Part shown: piece by piece, positions 63,231 through 64,000 of the stretch
Layout of the letters: every line of letters begins with the position of its first letter
Position numbering within the stretch: position 1 is the stretch's first letter
NCBI GenBank assembly: GCA_045632645.1
Contig: JAZQXC010000012.1
Location: 16,966 to 80,965, forward strand
Origin: Alphaproteobacteria bacterium
GTDB lineage: Bacteria; Pseudomonadota; Alphaproteobacteria; RF32; CAG-239
Length of the DNA: 64,000 bases
Direction: 5' to 3'
The notes under the pieces: model-generated
What the model saw: only the letters and a program-made list of their open reading frames with translations
Databases searched by the model: none
Told to the model about the DNA's origin: nothing
Made by a program: the position numbers and the translations under genes

Positions 63231-64000
63231 ATGAAACGCTATTATGCCCTTGTGGATTGTGATTGCTTTTTTGTTTCTGCTGAACGAGCTTTTAATCCAA
63301 AGCTTAATAACATTCCTGTTGCAGTTCTTTCAAATAACGATGGTTGCGTTATATCACGTTCTTTAGAGGCTAAATCACTGGGGCTAAAAATGGGGGAACC
63401 ATACTTTAAGGCTAAGCATAGCCATCATCAAGTTCTCTACATTAGGGCAAATCATGAACTTTATCAAAAAGTATCAGATAAAGTGATGAATAAATTAAAA
63501 ACTTTTACTAATGATGTTGAAATTTGCTCAGTTGATGAAGCTTTTGTTGAGCTTACTGGGCTTAAAAGGTTATATAAGAAAAACTATATAGAAATTGCCA
63601 AAATGATTAGAGCTGAGATATTAAAAGAACTTAAAATCCCTGTTTCTATTGGTATATCATCAACTAAAACTTTGGCCAAGCTTGCTAGTGATAAAGCAAA
63701 ACATTGTGGTGGAATATTTGTTATTGGAAATGCTAAACGAAAAAAGATTTTAAGCCAGACTTTAATTTCTGATGTATCTGGAGTTGGAAAAAAATTAGGT
63801 GAAAAAATGAGGGCTGAATGTATTTTTAGTGCTCTTGATTTCATATCTAGACCTGATTATTGGATTAAGGCAGAATTTCATAAGCATGGAATGGATTTAA
63901 AAAATGAATTATCTGGTATTTCTTTATTTAAGTTAGAAAAAGAACATATTAACCCAATATCTATTCAACAAACTTCAGCACTAAAGGAATTTACATCTGA
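63231..64000 (+). CDS. umuC: UmuC-like Y-family DNA polymerase (partial, continues beyond the window)
   Basis: I translated this frame by hand; it is open to the window end and absent from the ORF track. It reads MKRYYALVDCDCFFVSAERAFNPKL..IPVAVLSNNDGCVISRSLEAKSLGLKMGEPYFK...CSVDEAFVELTG...GISSTKTLAKLAS, so the catalytic D..D and DE residues are present. Confidence 0.8.
   Translation, partial: MKRYYALVDCDCFFVSAERAFNPKLNNIPVAVLSNNDGCVISRSLEAKSLGLKMGEPYFKAKHSHHQVLYIRANHELYQKVSDKVMNKLKTFTNDVEICSVDEAFVELTGLKRLYKKNYIEIAKMIRAEILKELKIPVSIGISSTKTLAKLASDKAKHCGGIFVIGNAKRKKILSQTLISDVSGVGKKLGEKMRAECIFSALDFISRPDYWIKAEFHKHGMDLKNELSGISLFKLEKEHINPISIQQTSALKEFTS

Overview
This is a visibly AT-rich, densely coding bacterial chromosomal segment. 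All calls rest on reading the supplied ORF translations and the DNA directly; no homology search was run. The core gene content suggests an alphaproteobacterium-like, possibly host-associated organism, which is an inference. That content includes htpG, mrcA (PBP1A), accB-accC, cysE, prfB with its programmed +1 frameshift, lpxI-lpxB-comEC, tadA, a bactofilin/M23 peptidase/ftsB cluster, psd, trkH, rne, plsC, dut and a UmuC-like Y-family polymerase that runs off the right edge. Four tRNAs are present: Met/Ile2-CAT, Phe-GAA, Arg-ACG and initiator fMet-CAT. I recognised no rRNA, CRISPR array, transposase or integrase. Five accessory or unusual parts stand out. (1) At 47.8-53.9 kb a three-gene minus-strand operon encodes a 1004-aa HExxH + acidic low-complexity + vWA(MIDAS) protein, an 896-aa MoxR/AAA_5-like ATPase and a translationally coupled 104-aa ORFan. 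It sits inside an ~8.8-kb block of unrecognisable genes and is the best candidate for an undescribed NTP-dependent system. (2) At 4.5-6.8 kb a 750-aa protein carries two RxxxxH (HEPN-type) motifs and is transcribed as its own unit. (3) Next to it, beside tRNA-Met at 2.7-4.4 kb, lies a T7-like late-gene remnant: tail-fibre N-domain, holin and overlapped spanins. (4) RNase E has a ~275-residue insertion that includes a CxC-rich, metallothionein-like cluster. (5) A DsbD-family protein has lost every catalytic cysteine, and it is followed by a HydF-like protein that lacks its GTPase domain. Other notable items are tandem CgeB-like glycosyltransferase paralogs, two GT-C-like membrane proteins, a secreted ankyrin-repeat protein and a secreted 20-aa tandem-repeat protein.
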